DNA of 64,000 bases from Psilocybe cubensis. Taxonomy: Eukaryota. Of this stretch, positions 62,790 to 64,000 are shown one piece after another. The stretch is taken from NCBI GenBank assembly GCA_017499595.2, contig CM039007.1, forward strand, positions 2,294,001 to 2,358,000, read 5' to 3'. The position numbers and the translations under genes are program-made. Every line of letters starts with the position of its first letter. Position 1 is the first letter of the stretch. Under the pieces are notes generated by a model. The model searched no databases. It worked only from the letters and a program-made list of their open reading frames with translations, and had not been told where the DNA came from.

Positions 62790-64000
62790 TAACCCACGTA
62801 GTTCCACGTATAAATGAACAGAGTACATTGAATAATCAATGCTCCAGGAGGTTTTACCGCTATAAGAATCACAGTTGGATTGAGAGTGCCATTTCTTCTC
62901 ATCGCCGAATGTCCCAGTGGTGAATAGGGGCTATAAGTCAATACATAGATTCGAGGACGAGAAAGTATGTATACCATGGACTGACCCAATCACTACTGCC
63001 ACGAAGACAATGCCCTAAAATAATACCCTCATTAGTAAGGTGGATCCAATCGTAATCAGGAACATCATGGTCATGAACGCCATGAATACCACGACAATGA
63101 TGTCGTTTCATGGATTCTAAAAAGAAACCGTTCAAATACCATAACACAAAGAGTGAACCATTAGAGTCCAATTAGAAGATTGTTAGCTGAAGGACACATA
63201 GTGACATTAAGTTCCATCGATGATCGAACTGATGATGTGCGCCCTTGGGGATACGAGGTCGTGTGAAGAACGTAAACAAGCGGAAATCAAATACCACTAA
63301 ATCTCCACAGACAGTAATGGAATTTTTAGAATAATTGTGGGCCACCAACCTACGATCTTCAAGCTCTATTAGCCGGAGTAACTGGTGTACTACGAACATG
63401 ACTTCTTGAATTTGAATTTGAGAATTGATCAAACGTCCAGATTACAGGTTAAGCACCGAAAAGTTCTTGACAGCAGACTTGATAACAGCAGTGAAGCATG
63501 TTGCCTCGAGGTATGAAAGCGAGGAAGGCGAACGTCCATAAATATTCGATCCGTGCAACATGGCCAATTGAAACTGCACGTTTCAAGTTGTCTTAGTTCT
63601 GTCGAGCATTGCACAAACATGTTGAAGAGCACGCGATGCCATGCCGCTACACGGAATGCTATAAGGGAGTCATTCATTCATCGTATGTTGATGTAGTCAA
63701 TACAGTGAAATGAAAGAGGTGAAATCAATATTGTTACACGATTGGGGACACTTTAAAGTAAGGTTGTCGCGTTACTATTGGTCCGTTTTCTTGACAAGAA
63801 TGTCGTAATGCCCAGGACTTGTCAGTGTACATCATGGTAAGCAGACGTCTGGTTGCAACTGATTGAACATACCGATACAGCAATACGAGAGGAGGCGCGT
63901 CCTGGCTTGAGTCATAACGAAATTTGATGAAGTCTACCCCGTCCTCCCTGACGCCGTTCAGATATGCAAGGTCTACATTTAGCTGCAAGGCCCTGCATAG
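62790..64000 (-). other. Possible partial or degenerate multi-exon gene running off the window
   Basis: A series of short minus-strand ORFs with protein-like composition and GT/AG-like junctions. One segment (FVVHQLL...VAHNYSKNSI...VVFDF) faintly resembles kinase subdomains VI-VII but lacks catalytic residues. Confidence 0.3.

Overview
Eukaryotic genomic DNA with short GT-AG introns (mostly 50-60 nt) and gene families typical of a mushroom-forming basidiomycete (Agaricomycete). The first ~13.5 kb is a transposon cluster. A decayed Ty1/copia element (minus strand) sits inside the gag of a second copia element (plus strand), which sits inside the integrase of an older Ty3/gypsy relic. An AT-rich degenerate stretch and a hAT-type MITE with a perfect 8-bp TSD follow. 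The rest holds about 17 intron-containing genes: a hypothetical protein with SPIDR/DUF4502-like motifs, a LISK/TESK-type kinase with a C1 domain, an ACOT9-like thioesterase, two convergent paralogous membrane proteins, a polyamine oxidase, a DUF89/ARMT1 phosphatase, BolA2, a FluG-like amidohydrolase, two tandem DUF6533 membrane proteins, an F-box-like protein, BiP/KAR2, a large uncharacterised membrane protein, MAK3/NAA30 and two APC permeases. The most notable observations are the possible fungal SPIDR-like protein, a 2-nt microexon required in both DUF6533 paralogs, six microexons in the DUF89 gene, the triple-nested retroelements with CpG-decay signatures, and the MITE with asymmetric CpG decay. 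Gene models were read by eye and family calls come from recalled motifs, not database searches.
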